Positions 42,832 to 53,816 of a stretch of 64,000 bases of DNA are shown in pieces. The DNA comes from Candidatus Latescibacterota bacterium (lineage in GTDB: Bacteria > Latescibacterota > UBA2968 > GCA-2709665), in NCBI GenBank assembly GCA_963662665.2, contig CAXXJS010000021.1:64001-128000 (forward strand), in the 5' to 3' direction. The translations under genes and the position numbers were made by a program. The stretch's first letter is position 1. Each line of letters opens with the position of its first letter. Under the pieces are notes generated by a model. It was not told the DNA's origin. It searched no databases and was given only the letters and a program-made list of their open reading frames with translations.

Positions 42832-43476
42832 TTGCTTGTTATGGGTATCGACCCCGGCAGTATGATTACCGGTTACGGCGTGGTGGAGTCCGAACGCCGG
42901 AAGAACCGGCTGGTTGCGTGCGGAGGCTTGCGCCCCGAAGCCGGGCTGTCTTTTCATAGACGGTTGCTGGAGATACACGACGGCCTGCTACGGTTGATTG
43001 AAGAGTATAAGCCTGATGAAGTCGCCGTCGAAAATGCCTTTTATCGGGCTAACGTAAAGACATTGATGAAAATGTGCGAGGCCCGGGGTGCGATCCTCGT
43101 GGCACTCGCCAGGTCGGATGTGCCCGTCTTTGAGTACGCGCCTCGTGAGGTCAAACAAGCCGTCGTGGGTCGTGGCGGTGCGTCCAAGGAGCAGGTTCAG
43201 TTCATGATACGAAATCTGTTTGGTGAGAAGCGGGTCGCCGGTCCATACGATATCACCGACGCGCTGGCGGTTGCGGTTTGCCACGTGAACCGGCTTCAGA
43301 CGCCGGGAAATCGTGGAAAGTGCGAAAATTCTCCCGGGGGAAAGCGGGCGCCGACCTTTCCCGCGCCGGGAACCCCGAAAGCGCGTACCAGGCAGATGGA
43401 ACAATTAAGAAAGAAGCTATCGGAAATGGGCGTGGAAGGGGTCAGGACGATCGAGGCGAAACGAAAGGGTCGGTAA
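42832..43476 (+). CDS. ruvC: Holliday junction resolvase RuvC with C-terminal extension
   Basis: GIDPG, VAVENAF, EYAPREVKQAVVG, ASKEQV, DITDALAVAVCH. Confidence 0.94.
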   Translation: MLVMGIDPGSMITGYGVVESERRKNRLVACGGLRPEAGLSFHRRLLEIHDGLLRLIEEYKPDEVAVENAFYRANVKTLMKMCEARGAILVALARSDVPVFEYAPREVKQAVVGRGGASKEQVQFMIRNLFGEKRVAGPYDITDALAVAVCHVNRLQTPGNRGKCENSPGGKRAPTFPAPGTPKARTRQMEQLRKKLSEMGVEGVRTIEAKRKGR

Positions 43477-43480
43477 TCCA

Positions 43481-44074
43481 ATGATCGCCTATCTGGAAGG
43501 CAAACTGGCCGCAAACAGCCCCACGCATCTGGTCGTCGACGTTGCGGGCGTCGGGTTTATTGTCCATATTCCGCTATCAAGTTATGACGCTGGCCGGATT
43601 CAGGGTGAAACCCTCAGAATCTTGACCCATCTGCACGTGCGAGAGGACGCACTGACGATTTACGGATTCGCAACCGAAGCCGAGCGGGAACTGTTCGAGT
43701 TGCTGATTTCGGTTTCGGGAATCGGCCCCCCATTGGCCCAGAAGATCCTCTCAGGCGTTCAGATTCAGGTTTTTCGCAGGTTGGTGGTATCCGAAGACGC
43801 CACTGGACTCACTCAGATCAAAGGGATTGGCCAGAAGCTGGCGCAGCGGCTCGTTCTCGAATTGAAGGACCGGATTGACGATGTCCCCGATGAAAACGAC
43901 CGGGAGCGGATACCACCCGTTGCGGCGGAACGGGCTGAGGAAGCGGCAATGGCGCTTTCGGGTCTGGGCGTACCTCAGATTCAGGCACGTAGCGTGGTGT
44001 CCCGGGTAGTACGGGAACAGGGTAAAGACATACCGGTGGAAGAGATTATCCGGGAGGCGCTGCGGCGTCTATAG
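43481..44074 (+). CDS. ruvA: Holliday junction branch migration protein RuvA
   Basis: MIAYLEG, HVREDALTIYGF, VSGIGP, KGIGQKLAQRLVLELKD. Confidence 0.95.
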   Translation: MIAYLEGKLAANSPTHLVVDVAGVGFIVHIPLSSYDAGRIQGETLRILTHLHVREDALTIYGFATEAERELFELLISVSGIGPPLAQKILSGVQIQVFRRLVVSEDATGLTQIKGIGQKLAQRLVLELKDRIDDVPDENDRERIPPVAAERAEEAAMALSGLGVPQIQARSVVSRVVREQGKDIPVEEIIREALRRL

Positions 44075-44119
44075 TCGTCAGGAAAGCGAGAGGCCCAACG
44101 CCCGCGCGGATGTCTCAAT

Positions 44120-45190
44120 GTGGGAGAGAGGCTTTCGGACCAGGTCAATAACGGAAGACAGACCGGCATGGACGGAAGGATAAGCGATCCACAGATGCAG
44201 GACCAGGACCGTTTTGAAGGTGACGGTCAGTTGCGACCGGCTCGATTTGCCGATATGACCGGACAGGAGAAGGTCAAGGAGAAGCTGCGGATTGCGGTCG
44301 ACGCGGCGATGCACAGGGGTGACGCTATGGACCACGCCCTTCTCTACGGTCCACCGGGCCTGGGAAAGACGACGCTGGCATTCGTGGTCGCCAACGAACT
44401 GGGAGCCGAAATCGTGCCGACGTCGGGCCCTGTGCTTGAACGAGCCGCGGACCTGGCAGGGTTGCTGACCAACTTGAGCGAAAAAGACGTCCTGTTTATC
44501 GATGAAATCCATCGGATGAACAGGGTCGTGGAGGAGACATTGTATCCCGCAATGGAAGATTTCGTGCTGGACATTATGCTCGACAGCGGTCCCGGCGCGC
44601 GTTCCTACAGGGTTCCCCTCGAGCGGTTTACACTCATTGGCGCAACCACCCGTTATGGCCTTCTCACCGGTCCGATGCGGGACCGATTCGGAATCGTCGA
44701 ACGGCTGGACTTTTACAAGGTGGAGGAATTGAAGACGATCGTCGAGCGTGCCGCTCGAATATTGAAAATAGAGATTCATCCGGACGCGGCGTTCGAGATT
44801 GCGCGCCGGTCACGGGGTACCGCCCGCATCGCAACACGGCTGTTGCGAAGATCGCGGGATTTTGCGCAGGCGCGCGCACAAGGCGCCATCACGTTCGATG
44901 TTGCGGGTCGAGCGCTGGAATTGGCCGACATCGATAACGAAGGGCTCGACGATATGGACCGTCGACTCCTCTCTACGCTGGTGGAGAAGTACGGAGGCGG
45001 TCCGGTCGGCCTGAACAATCTGGCGGCCGCACTGGGCGAGGAGCCCGATACCATCGAAGATGTATATGAGCCGTACCTGATTCAGGAAGGCTATCTGCTG
45101 CGCACCCACAGGGGGCGCCAGGCAACGCTGCTGGCCTATCGGCATCTGGGATTGAGTCCACCGGAAGGACGGCAGGAGCGCTTGTTATGA
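44120..45190 (+). CDS. ruvB: Holliday junction branch migration ATPase RuvB
   Basis: [49 protein letters not shown]; start uncertain. Confidence 0.96.
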   Translation: MGERLSDQVNNGRQTGMDGRISDPQMQDQDRFEGDGQLRPARFADMTGQEKVKEKLRIAVDAAMHRGDAMDHALLYGPPGLGKTTLAFVVANELGAEIVPTSGPVLERAADLAGLLTNLSEKDVLFIDEIHRMNRVVEETLYPAMEDFVLDIMLDSGPGARSYRVPLERFTLIGATTRYGLLTGPMRDRFGIVERLDFYKVEELKTIVERAARILKIEIHPDAAFEIARRSRGTARIATRLLRRSRDFAQARAQGAITFDVAGRALELADIDNEGLDDMDRRLLSTLVEKYGGGPVGLNNLAAALGEEPDTIEDVYEPYLIQEGYLLRTHRGRQATLLAYRHLGLSPPEGRQERLL

Positions 45191-45237
45191 AGCCGGACGT
45201 TATTGGAAACCGTGCTTTCGTGCCATAAGGCGGAGCG

Positions 45238-45921
45238 ATGTACGTGTTGGGAATCGAAACTTCGACGCCGGTTTGCAGTGTGGGGCTGGTGGAAGACGAC
45301 TGTGTGCTGACGTCATATTCACAGAATACGGGTTTGCGGCACGCGGAACGGGCGATGTCGATGGTTGAACGGGCGGTGGAAGACGCCGGACTCGTACCGG
45401 CGGATCTGCACGGGGTGGCGGTGGCATCGGGACCGGGTTCGTTTACGGGCCTGCGGATTGGAATGGCCGCGGCGAAGGGCTTGTGTATCTCGTTGAACCT
45501 GCCGCTGTTGGCAGTGCCGACACTGAAGGCCATGGCGGCACCGTTTGTCTTCGCGGGTATGCCGGTGTGCGCGATACTGGATGCCAGTCGCGGCGGAGTT
45601 TACGCGGGTGTGTACAGTCTTGATGCAGGCGCCCTGACAGCGCACCTGGCAGACGGCGCGTTTCTCCTTGAAGACCTGATGCCGAGACTGCCAAGGCCCG
45701 TGTTGTTCGCGGGCGAAGGCGGATTGGCATACCGGGATCGGATCGCGGCGTACATGGGCGAGGACGCCCGGTTTGCCCCTGGAGCCGCCCATCCCAGCGG
45801 AGCATCCGTGGCGCTTCTGGGCGTTGAAGCCCTGCAGGCCGGGCATGCGGTCGACGTGGCGACCGCGGAACCGGAATACCTGCGCCGGAGTCAGGCTGAG
45901 AATGAGGCAGTCGCGCAATAA
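45238..45921 (+). CDS. tsaB: tRNA threonylcarbamoyladenosine biosynthesis protein TsaB
   Basis: LGIETST, GPGSFTGLRIG, EPEYLR. Confidence 0.94.
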   Translation: MYVLGIETSTPVCSVGLVEDDCVLTSYSQNTGLRHAERAMSMVERAVEDAGLVPADLHGVAVASGPGSFTGLRIGMAAAKGLCISLNLPLLAVPTLKAMAAPFVFAGMPVCAILDASRGGVYAGVYSLDAGALTAHLADGAFLLEDLMPRLPRPVLFAGEGGLAYRDRIAAYMGEDARFAPGAAHPSGASVALLGVEALQAGHAVDVATAEPEYLRRSQAENEAVAQ

Positions 45922-45928
45922 CGGGCCG

Positions 45929-46468
45929 ATGCCTGCGGAAAGGACTCCCGAATCGATGCAGACCGACTTGCCGGCGATATCGGAATTTACACTCTGTGAA
46001 ATGGGCGCAGGGCATCTCGATGCGGTAGTGGATATCGAACGAGCAGGATTCGAGGACCCCTGGCGGAAGAGGGATTTTGAAGACGCGCTGTCCAGACGGA
46101 ACAACCATTGTCTTGTTTTTCTGAGAGGTCAACGGGTCGCAGCGTATGCGGTTGGTTTTCTTGTTGCCGGTGAATATCACCTGGCCGATCTGGCGGTGCA
46201 CCCTGATTTTCGGCGCCGCGGCCTCGGTCGGAGGTTCATGAAGGCCGTGCTGAAAGGGTTGCCCGCTCGAAATGTAGAGGCAGTTACCCTGGAGGTACGT
46301 GTTTCCAATCTGGCGGCCATCGGGCTCTACAGGAAGCTCGGATTCCGGACAGTGGCGATTCGTTACGGGTATTACCGTAAGCCCGCGGAAGACGCGCTTG
46401 TTATGTTGAAGGCGTTTAACGGATGTTCTTCCGGGTGGGTGAACGGTGGCGTTGCGGGCCTTCGTTAG
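45929..46468 (+). CDS. rimI: Ribosomal-protein-alanine N-acetyltransferase
   Basis: LAVHPDFRRRGLG, LEVRVSNLAAIGLYRKLGF, YY..EDALVM; follows tsaB. Confidence 0.88.
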   Translation: MPAERTPESMQTDLPAISEFTLCEMGAGHLDAVVDIERAGFEDPWRKRDFEDALSRRNNHCLVFLRGQRVAAYAVGFLVAGEYHLADLAVHPDFRRRGLGRRFMKAVLKGLPARNVEAVTLEVRVSNLAAIGLYRKLGFRTVAIRYGYYRKPAEDALVMLKAFNGCSSGWVNGGVAGLR

Positions 46469-46490
46469 TCAGGCAGCAGGCGAGTGGCGT

Positions 46491-47555
46491 ATGTTCGAAC
46501 AGGCAGTCGTGGGGCAAAAACGCGTGAAGGAGCGGCTTAAGCGGATGGCACTCAGTGCGAATCTGCCGCACGCCCTCCTGTTTACCGGTCCGGAGGGTAC
46601 GGGCAAGTTGGCAGCGGCCCTTGAAATGGCGCGGAGCCTTTACTGCGCCCAGGGGACAAAGGGGTGCTGTGAGAATTGCCGGGGGTGCAGGAAAACAGCG
46701 GGCTTGAATCATCCGGATCTGTCTGTTCTGTTTCCGTTTTCAGCTCGAACGTCGCCTGATACGGAGCGAGAGACGCTGCGACAGGTCGTAAGTGACCCAT
46801 ACGGGTACCCACTGCCGGCCGACCACGCCACCCTTTCAATTGAGCAGGTTCGAACGCTGCAGAAGCAGTTTGCATATGGCGCGTTCGAAGGGGGCTGGCG
46901 TGTGGCCGTTGTTATGCATGCGGATCGAATGCGGGTCGAATCCGCCAATGCCCTTTTGAAGACGCTGGAAGAACCGCCCGCCCGCTCTCTGCTGATTCTC
47001 ACTTCATCCACTCAGGAGGCTCTGCTGCCGACGATCGTTTCTCGCTGTCAATGGGTCGTATTTTCGGCCGTAGCGGTTGACGACGTGGCACGGATGCTGG
47101 CGGACGGGCTGGCGGTCGACGCCGACCGGGCGTTGTTCATCGCTCGATCCTGCGGCGGTAGCCTGAGGCGCGCCCGTGAAATGGCCGACGGGGAAGTCGA
47201 TGACCTGCAGGACCGTGCGTACAGGTTTCTTTCGGCGCTCCTGTGGGACGAGGAGGCCAGAACCCATGCAACACTGGAGAAACTGGCTGCAGATCGAGAT
47301 GAAGCGCTGCAACTGCTCGGCGGCGCGGAGGTGTGGCTGCGGGACGTCCTGCTTCTCCGGTACGGCGACGCCGAGGGGGTTACTCACAAACGACGGGCGG
47401 AAGATATCCAGCGCCTTTCCCGTGCATTTGGCCGGGAGGGCTTGCAGCGGACAGCCGGCATGATCGAGTCGGTACGAGAAATGAACCGTCGCAACGTAAA
47501 TCTGTACGTCGGCCTCGTTTCGCTCTGGCGCGAGGTCAGGAGAACCGCGAACTAG
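46491..47555 (+). CDS. holB: DNA polymerase III delta-prime subunit
   Basis: HALLFTGPEGTGK, Zn-binding Cys cluster, HPDL, ANALLKTLEEPP, LLPTIVSRC. Confidence 0.93.
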   Translation: MFEQAVVGQKRVKERLKRMALSANLPHALLFTGPEGTGKLAAALEMARSLYCAQGTKGCCENCRGCRKTAGLNHPDLSVLFPFSARTSPDTERETLRQVVSDPYGYPLPADHATLSIEQVRTLQKQFAYGAFEGGWRVAVVMHADRMRVESANALLKTLEEPPARSLLILTSSTQEALLPTIVSRCQWVVFSAVAVDDVARMLADGLAVDADRALFIARSCGGSLRRAREMADGEVDDLQDRAYRFLSALLWDEEARTHATLEKLAADRDEALQLLGGAEVWLRDVLLLRYGDAEGVTHKRRAEDIQRLSRAFGREGLQRTAGMIESVREMNRRNVNLYVGLVSLWREVRRTAN

Positions 47556-47712
47556 CCAGACAACCATTCGGTGAGACGCAAGGGGGCCACACGCTGCATA
47601 TCTAAGGTCATTCTCGCAGTTCCTCTTCTTCCGTCTCACGTCCTGCCTTGGGCGGGGTTGACGGGTGGCGCAGCTGCCGAAAGCTTGTCTTGAGACCTGG
47701 AAGGTTGTGTGA

Positions 47713-49617
47713 GTGGGGCGTTTCTATATTACAACACCCATATACTACGTGAATGACGAGCCGCATCTTGGCCATGCGTACACGACCATCATGGCTGACG
47801 TGTTTGCCAGGTATCATCGGGTTGCGGGCGACGAGGTGCTGTTTTTGACTGGAACGGATGAGCACGGGCAGAAAGTCGCGCAGGCAGCGAAGGAACGAGG
47901 GATCAATCCGCAGGAACATTGCGACGAGATGGTCGAACGCTTCCGTAAACTCTGGTCCTCTTTGAACATTTCACACGATGACTTCATTCGCACAACCGAA
48001 TCCAGGCATCGGCGCGTCGTGCAACAGATTCTTCAGCGTCTCTACGACGCGGGGGAGATCTACGCGGACGACTACGAGGGCTGGTATTGCGTGCCGGACG
48101 AACGGTTCTGGACGGAAAAGGATCTGTCGGACGGGAAATGCCCGGAGTGCGGGCGCGAGGTGGCGCGGATATCCGAGAAGAATTATTTTTTCCGCATGGG
48201 GAAATATCAGAAGTGGCTGACAGACCACATCCGAAACGATTCATCCTTTGTGCTACCTGCTACCCGCAGAAACGAAATGCTCGGGTTTCTTCGCCGGCCA
48301 TTGAACGATCTGTGTATCTCCCGTCCGAAAGCCCGATTATCCTGGGGCATTCCATTGCCATTTGACAACTCGTACGTGTGTTACGTCTGGTTCGACGCTC
48401 TGATCAATTACATTACGGCCGCAGGTTATCTTCAGGACACCCAGGCATTTGCACGGTGGTGGCCCGCTTCATGCCATCTGATAGGCAAAGACATTCTGAC
48501 CACGCACTGCATCTACTGGCCGACGATGTTAAAAGCCATGGGTGTCGAAATTCCAAACACCGTGATGGCTCATGGGTGGTGGCTCGTCGACGACGAAAAA
48601 ATGGGCAAGTCTCTGGGCAACGCGATCCGTCCCCTGGATCTGGCGGAGAAATACGGCGTGGACGCCTTTCGGTATTTTCTGGTACGTGAAATGGTGCTGG
48701 GGATGGACAGCACTTTCGGCGAGACGGGATTCGTCCACCGGTATAATTCCGAATTGGCAAACGACCTGGGCAATCTGCTGAATCGCACCGTCGTTATGGC
48801 TAAACGGTACCTGGGCGGGCGGGTGCCCGAGGCAGACCTGAATCACCCTGATCTCTTCGCGTTGAAGGCGTATGCCGGCAAGACGGTGGATGGCGTGATC
48901 GACGCGTTGGGTAACATGAATCCCACGGGAATTCTGGACGCGATATGGGACCTCGTCAGGCAGGCAAATCGCTTTGCGGAAGCGCAGGCGCCGTGGAATC
49001 TGGCGAGGAATCCTGAAAGTAAAAACACACTGAATGCGACAATCTACGGCCTTCTTGAGACGATGCGCTATCTGGCGGTGCTGCTTTTTCCGGTCATGCC
49101 CGGCAAGACTGAGGAGATCTGGGAGCAGATCGGCGCCGATGGCGACTTAAGTACCCAGACGATACATGGCCTTCATCCCTGGGGCGGGCTGCGCGCCGGG
49201 GCGGAGGTGAGCGCGCAGGGCCCCATTTTTCCCAGGATCGAGTGCGTAGAAGAGGACCTTTTGGAGAAGACCGATATGCCTGACCCGAAAGAAGATCTGG
49301 TAACGTTCAAGGAGTTTCAGAAGCTCGAGTTTCGTGTGGCCACGGTGGAATCTGCCAAGCGAGTACCCGGCGCCGACCGGCTGCTGAAGCTACAGGTCAG
49401 CCTGGGTGACCAACAACGCCAGATTGTTGCCGGGGTTGCCCAGCACTATCTCCCGGAGTCGCTGGTTGGGCGTCAGATTGTGGTGGTGGCAAATCTGGAG
49501 CCGGCGACCATCCGTGGGGTGGCGTCGGAAGGGATGCTGTTAGCGGCGTCGGCGGACGGCTGTGTTGCGCTCGTCCAGCCGGATGCACGCGTTCCCGACG
49601 GTGCGGAGGTCGGCTGA
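47713..49617 (+). CDS. metG: Methionine--tRNA ligase with C-terminal tRNA-binding domain
   Basis: ITTPIYYVN..HLGH, TGTDEHGQK, YVWFDALINY, KMGKS, RQIVAG..NLEP..SEGM. Confidence 0.97.
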   Translation: MGRFYITTPIYYVNDEPHLGHAYTTIMADVFARYHRVAGDEVLFLTGTDEHGQKVAQAAKERGINPQEHCDEMVERFRKLWSSLNISHDDFIRTTESRHRRVVQQILQRLYDAGEIYADDYEGWYCVPDERFWTEKDLSDGKCPECGREVARISEKNYFFRMGKYQKWLTDHIRNDSSFVLPATRRNEMLGFLRRPLNDLCISRPKARLSWGIPLPFDNSYVCYVWFDALINYITAAGYLQDTQAFARWWPASCHLIGKDILTTHCIYWPTMLKAMGVEIPNTVMAHGWWLVDDEKMGKSLGNAIRPLDLAEKYGVDAFRYFLVREMVLGMDSTFGETGFVHRYNSELANDLGNLLNRTVVMAKRYLGGRVPEADLNHPDLFALKAYAGKTVDGVIDALGNMNPTGILDAIWDLVRQANRFAEAQAPWNLARNPESKNTLNATIYGLLETMRYLAVLLFPVMPGKTEEIWEQIGADGDLSTQTIHGLHPWGGLRAGAEVSAQGPIFPRIECVEEDLLEKTDMPDPKEDLVTFKEFQKLEFRVATVESAKRVPGADRLLKLQVSLGDQQRQIVAGVAQHYLPESLVGRQIVVVANLEPATIRGVASEGMLLAASADGCVALVQPDARVPDGAEVG

Positions 49618-49622
49618 GGACC

Positions 49623-50387
49623 ATGCTTGTCGATACCCATGCCCATCTCAATTTTCCGCAGTTTCTGGGGGAGGAAGAAGCGACTATCCGGCGGGCCAGG
49701 GAGGCAGGGGTCGAATGCATTGTCAACGTGGGTACAAACCTGGATGTGAGCCGCAGGGCGCTGGATCTGGCTTTGCGGCACGAGGGAATCCACGCAACCG
49801 TGGGTTTCCATCCGCACGACGTACACCTGGCGGACGCGGCCGGCTTGAATGCGCTGAAGCGGCTTGCATCGAATGAAAAGGTTGTGGCCGTGGGCGAGAC
49901 GGGCCTGGATTTCTTCCGGAATTATGCGCCCCGAACCCTTCAAGAGCGGATTTTCAGGCTACATATACGTCTGGCGCGGCAGGAGGGCCTTCCGCTTGTT
50001 ATTCACAGTCGTGGCGCCGAGGACCGGGTTATGGAGATTCTCGAGGCCGAAGGCGGTATTGCGAGTGGGGGGGTCTTGCACTGTTTCGGCGGAGGTCCCG
50101 ACCAGGCAAGGCGGGCGGTGGATCTTGGCTTCCATTTGGGATTCGGTGGAACTGTGACGTATAAACGCTCCACATCGTTGTCCGTCGCGCTGGGTATTCC
50201 GCACGATCGGGTACTCCTGGAAACCGATTGTCCATATCTCGCGCCGGTCCCGCATCGGGGCCGGCGGAATGAACCGGCCTACGTACGGCAAATTGCCGAG
50301 TTCCTTGCCGGATGCGCGGACGAACCGATGGACAGGCTGGCCGTTAGGACGACGGAAAATGCCCGCCGGCTTTTCGGGTTGACGTGA
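49623..50387 (+). CDS. tatD: TatD-family nuclease
   Basis: DTHAHL, GFHPH, GETGLDF, IHSR, LHCF, LETDCPYLAP, RNEP. Confidence 0.94.
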   Translation: MLVDTHAHLNFPQFLGEEEATIRRAREAGVECIVNVGTNLDVSRRALDLALRHEGIHATVGFHPHDVHLADAAGLNALKRLASNEKVVAVGETGLDFFRNYAPRTLQERIFRLHIRLARQEGLPLVIHSRGAEDRVMEILEAEGGIASGGVLHCFGGGPDQARRAVDLGFHLGFGGTVTYKRSTSLSVALGIPHDRVLLETDCPYLAPVPHRGRRNEPAYVRQIAEFLAGCADEPMDRLAVRTTENARRLFGLT

Positions 50388-51277
50388 TGAAGAAGCCCAA
50401 AAAGGGCCTCGCGCAGCATTTTTTGACCGACGCAGAGACTGTCCACCGAATCGTCAGGGCAGCTGGCGCCGGCGCCAACGATCTGGTGGTTGAAATCGGG
50501 CCGGGCCGCGGCGCGCTGACCGGACGGTTGTTGGCGCAATCGGCCAGAGTGATCGGGATCGAAAGGGATGAAGCACTATGTGGTTTCCTGCTATCGGAAT
50601 TCGGCCGAAGACTGGATTTGCACAACCAGGACGTGTTAGCTGTAGATTTTCGAGAATTGATTCGCAAAGAAGGATTTGAGCGGGCGATTCTGGTGGGCAA
50701 CCTGCCTTATAACATCACGGGTGCGGTTATTCAGCGAATCCTGGATGCCCGGGTTCAATTCCGGCGAGCCATCCTGACCGTACAGCGGGAGGTTGCCCGA
50801 AGGATCGTCGCCGCACCGGGCAGCAGGGACTACGGGGTACTATCGATTGCCGTTCAGTTGCGTGCCCTCCCGGAGATACTCTTCGACCTGTCTCCCGGTG
50901 TGTTTTATCCGGCACCCAGGGTCTTTTCGTCCGTCATTCGACTGGACTTCGCCCGTCAGACTCCCTTTCAGATCAGGGATGAGGAATTTTTCTTTCGCGT
51001 GGTCCGTACGGCATTCGGCCAGCGGCGGAAGATGCTGAAGAATGCCCTCCTGGGTATGGTAAACGGTAAATCGGAGATCCTGCAACGCGTGGGTGCGGTG
51101 GCGGATATCGATTTCAGATTGAGACCGGAAGCGATTTCCATATCGCAGTTTGAACGGATTTGCCGAGCTCTCAAGGCATCGCATGAGACCGGCGCCGGAT
51201 CTGGCGACGCCGATAGCGGTCGCCCGGGTCCCGCCCACGTGGATTGTTGCCGGCGGCGGGAGCAAAGGGTAAAGTGA
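50384..51277 (+). CDS. rsmA: 16S rRNA adenine dimethyltransferase RsmA/KsgA
   Basis: QHFL, EIGPGRGALT, GNLPYNIT, QREVA, FGQRRKML. Confidence 0.95.
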   Translation: MMKKPKKGLAQHFLTDAETVHRIVRAAGAGANDLVVEIGPGRGALTGRLLAQSARVIGIERDEALCGFLLSEFGRRLDLHNQDVLAVDFRELIRKEGFERAILVGNLPYNITGAVIQRILDARVQFRRAILTVQREVARRIVAAPGSRDYGVLSIAVQLRALPEILFDLSPGVFYPAPRVFSSVIRLDFARQTPFQIRDEEFFFRVVRTAFGQRRKMLKNALLGMVNGKSEILQRVGAVADIDFRLRPEAISISQFERICRALKASHETGAGSGDADSGRPGPAHVDCCRRREQRVK

Positions 51278-51342
51278 TGCACGCGATATGTCTGTGAACG
51301 GCGTTTCCAGCTGAATACACATCCATCCAAAAAGGACTAGAA

Positions 51343-52269
51343 ATGCCCCCGATGCCTAAGGCGGACAAGATCTGGTTTAATGGAAAGTTCGTGGATTGGG
51401 ACGACGCGAGGATTCACGTGTTGTCACACGTCGTGCACTACGGGTCCAGCGTGTTTGAAGGAATTCGCTGCTACAATACGCAGAGGGGCCCTGCCTGTTT
51501 CCGTCTGTCCGATCACGTGAATCGACTGTACGATTCAGCCAAGATCTACCGGATGCCGATTCCTTATGAACGTGAGGAAATCTCGCGGGCTATTCTGGAG
51601 TCCATTCGTACAAACGGACTGAAGGCCTGTTATGTGCGCCCCGTTATCTTTAGAGGATACGGGAGTCTGGGGGTGGACCCCTCATCCTGTCCCGTCGAAG
51701 TCGTGGTCGCCGTGTGGGAGTGGGGCGCCTATCTGGGTGAAGACGCTCTGGAAAAGGGGGCCACGGTGCGATTTTCCTCGTGGAACCGACTGGCGCCCAA
51801 CACCATGCCATCGTTGGCCAAGGTCGGCGCCAACTACATGAACTCGCAATTGATCAAGCTGGAGGCGCTGGCGGATGGATACGTGGAAGGAATCGCGCTG
51901 GATGCGCAGGGACACGTGAGCGAAGCCAGCGGAGAAAACATCTTTATGGTGAAGAACGGTGCGATCTACACCCCCTCCACCGGATCGTCTATTCTGCCTG
52001 GCATTACACGTCATACGTTGATTACGCTGGCGCGAGATCTGGGATACTCGGTGACCCAGCGCGCCATCCCGAGAGAGTCGTTATATATTGCCGACGAGGT
52101 CTTTTTTACGGGAACGGCGGCAGAGGTGACGCCAATTACGCGGATTGATCACATTTCGGTCGGCGAAGGGACCCGCGGGCCCATCACAAAGGCGCTGCAG
52201 GACGCTTTTTTCGGTGTTGTTTCGGGCGAGAAGGCCGACAGGCACGGCTGGTTGACCTTTGTCAATTGA
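51343..52269 (+). CDS. ilvE: Branched-chain amino acid aminotransferase
   Basis: [18 protein letters not shown] (PLP Lys), [30 protein letters not shown]. Confidence 0.96.
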   Translation: MPPMPKADKIWFNGKFVDWDDARIHVLSHVVHYGSSVFEGIRCYNTQRGPACFRLSDHVNRLYDSAKIYRMPIPYEREEISRAILESIRTNGLKACYVRPVIFRGYGSLGVDPSSCPVEVVVAVWEWGAYLGEDALEKGATVRFSSWNRLAPNTMPSLAKVGANYMNSQLIKLEALADGYVEGIALDAQGHVSEASGENIFMVKNGAIYTPSTGSSILPGITRHTLITLARDLGYSVTQRAIPRESLYIADEVFFTGTAAEVTPITRIDHISVGEGTRGPITKALQDAFFGVVSGEKADRHGWLTFVN

Positions 52270-52339
52270 TGAACCCTTACACCCTGGAAGCCGTGTTAAT
52301 TCAAAGGAGCTCCGGATAGAGAGTGCCGGATACACGGAT

Positions 52340-53158
52340 ATGGCCGATTTAAGAGATAAGAATATAGTCGTCGTCGGTGCGGGAAATATGGGCGGCGCGT
52401 TGATTGCGGGTCTGGTGCAATCCGGTACTGTGCCGCCGGAACGGGTGACGGCCGTGGATATCGACGAGGCATTGCTGGATTCGCATCGGCGGTCGCTTGG
52501 TGTGAATACAAGCCGCGATGTTGCTGCAGTCGCCGCGAAACAGGATGTGTTGGTACTGGGTCTGAAGCCACAGATCTGGGCCCCGGTTGTCGCACCGTTG
52601 GTGTCGTCGCTTACCGATCGGCAGATGGTGCTTTCGATTATGGGCGGCGTGCGAACCCGGGCGATCGAGGAAGTTCTGGGCGGACGGGCTCCGGTTGTGC
52701 GCGCCATGCCTAATATTCTTGCGCAGATTCGAGCGTCTGTGGCTGCCGTTTGCCCAGGGCGATTCGCCGAGGATGCCCACGTGGCGGCGGCTGAATCCAT
52801 CCTGCAGTCGGTTGGTGAGTCGGTGCGCGTGAGCGAAGCACAAATGGATGCGGTAACCGGTCTTTCGGGCAGCGGCCCCGCGTTTGTGTACGTAATGATC
52901 GATGCGTTGGCCGACGGTGGCGTGAAGATGGGGATTCCGAAGCCGGTAGCGCTCAAGCTGGCCGCGCAAACGGTTTTCGGCAGTGCAAAAATGGTGATCC
53001 GGAGCGGACAGCACCCGGCAGTGCTGAAAGACCAGGTGACGTCCGCCGGCGGTACCACAATTGCCGGATTGCAAGCCCTTGAACTGGGCGGTTTTCGCGC
53101 CGCGTTGATGGAGGCGGTGGAGGCCGCAACCCGACGGTCGGAGGAGTTGGGAGCATAA
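52340..53158 (+). CDS. proC: Pyrroline-5-carboxylate reductase
   Basis: GAGNMG, RAMPN, DAVTGLSGSGPAF, VTSAGGTTI; start set at MADLR. Confidence 0.95.
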   Translation: MADLRDKNIVVVGAGNMGGALIAGLVQSGTVPPERVTAVDIDEALLDSHRRSLGVNTSRDVAAVAAKQDVLVLGLKPQIWAPVVAPLVSSLTDRQMVLSIMGGVRTRAIEEVLGGRAPVVRAMPNILAQIRASVAAVCPGRFAEDAHVAAAESILQSVGESVRVSEAQMDAVTGLSGSGPAFVYVMIDALADGGVKMGIPKPVALKLAAQTVFGSAKMVIRSGQHPAVLKDQVTSAGGTTIAGLQALELGGFRAALMEAVEAATRRSEELGA

Positions 53159-53210
53159 TCGATAGATATATTGGTACAGACCTGCGGCGGAGTTCCGGAC
53201 GGGGGTTTTC

Positions 53211-53816
53211 GTGATTGTTATTGTGGACTGCGGCACGGGCAATCTGCGCAGCGTTCAGAAGGGATTCGAGCGCGTCGGGCACGCCGCGTTAATTACCGAC
53301 CGTCCTGATGACGTGAATCGCGCCGACCGTGTGGTACTGCCCGGTGTCGGGGCCTTTGGCGATGCAATGGTGAATCTGGACGCGGCCGGTCTGATCGAAC
53401 CTCTCAGGGACTCAATTGCCGCCGGTCGTCCATTTCTGGGTATCTGTGTCGGTCTCCAGCTTCTTTTCTCCGACAGCAGTGAAATGGGCCGCCACCGCGG
53501 ATTTGGCGTTTTTCCCGGTTCTGTACGGCGGTTCCCGGAGGGTGTGCGCATACCGCAGATCGGGTGGAATCAGATTCGGATTCAGAGGCAGACACCGCTT
53601 CTTGCCGGCATCCCAGGCGATGCGTTTTTCTATTTCGTACATTCATACTATGTGGACCCTGAGGTGGCGTCCGATTGCGTGGCGACAACGGACTACGCGC
53701 TTGACTACACGTCGGTCGCGGGCAGAGGGGCAACCTATGGGATTCAGTTTCACCCCGAGAAGAGCCAGGATCTCGGACTGCGAATCCTGAAAAATTTCGC
53801 GGAGCGGGTATGCTAG
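53211..53816 (+). CDS. hisH: Imidazole glycerol phosphate synthase glutaminase subunit
   Basis: GNLRSV, LPGVGAF, GICVGLQ, YFVHSY, QFHPEKS. Confidence 0.96.
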   Translation: MIVIVDCGTGNLRSVQKGFERVGHAALITDRPDDVNRADRVVLPGVGAFGDAMVNLDAAGLIEPLRDSIAAGRPFLGICVGLQLLFSDSSEMGRHRGFGVFPGSVRRFPEGVRIPQIGWNQIRIQRQTPLLAGIPGDAFFYFVHSYYVDPEVASDCVATTDYALDYTSVAGRGATYGIQFHPEKSQDLGLRILKNFAERVC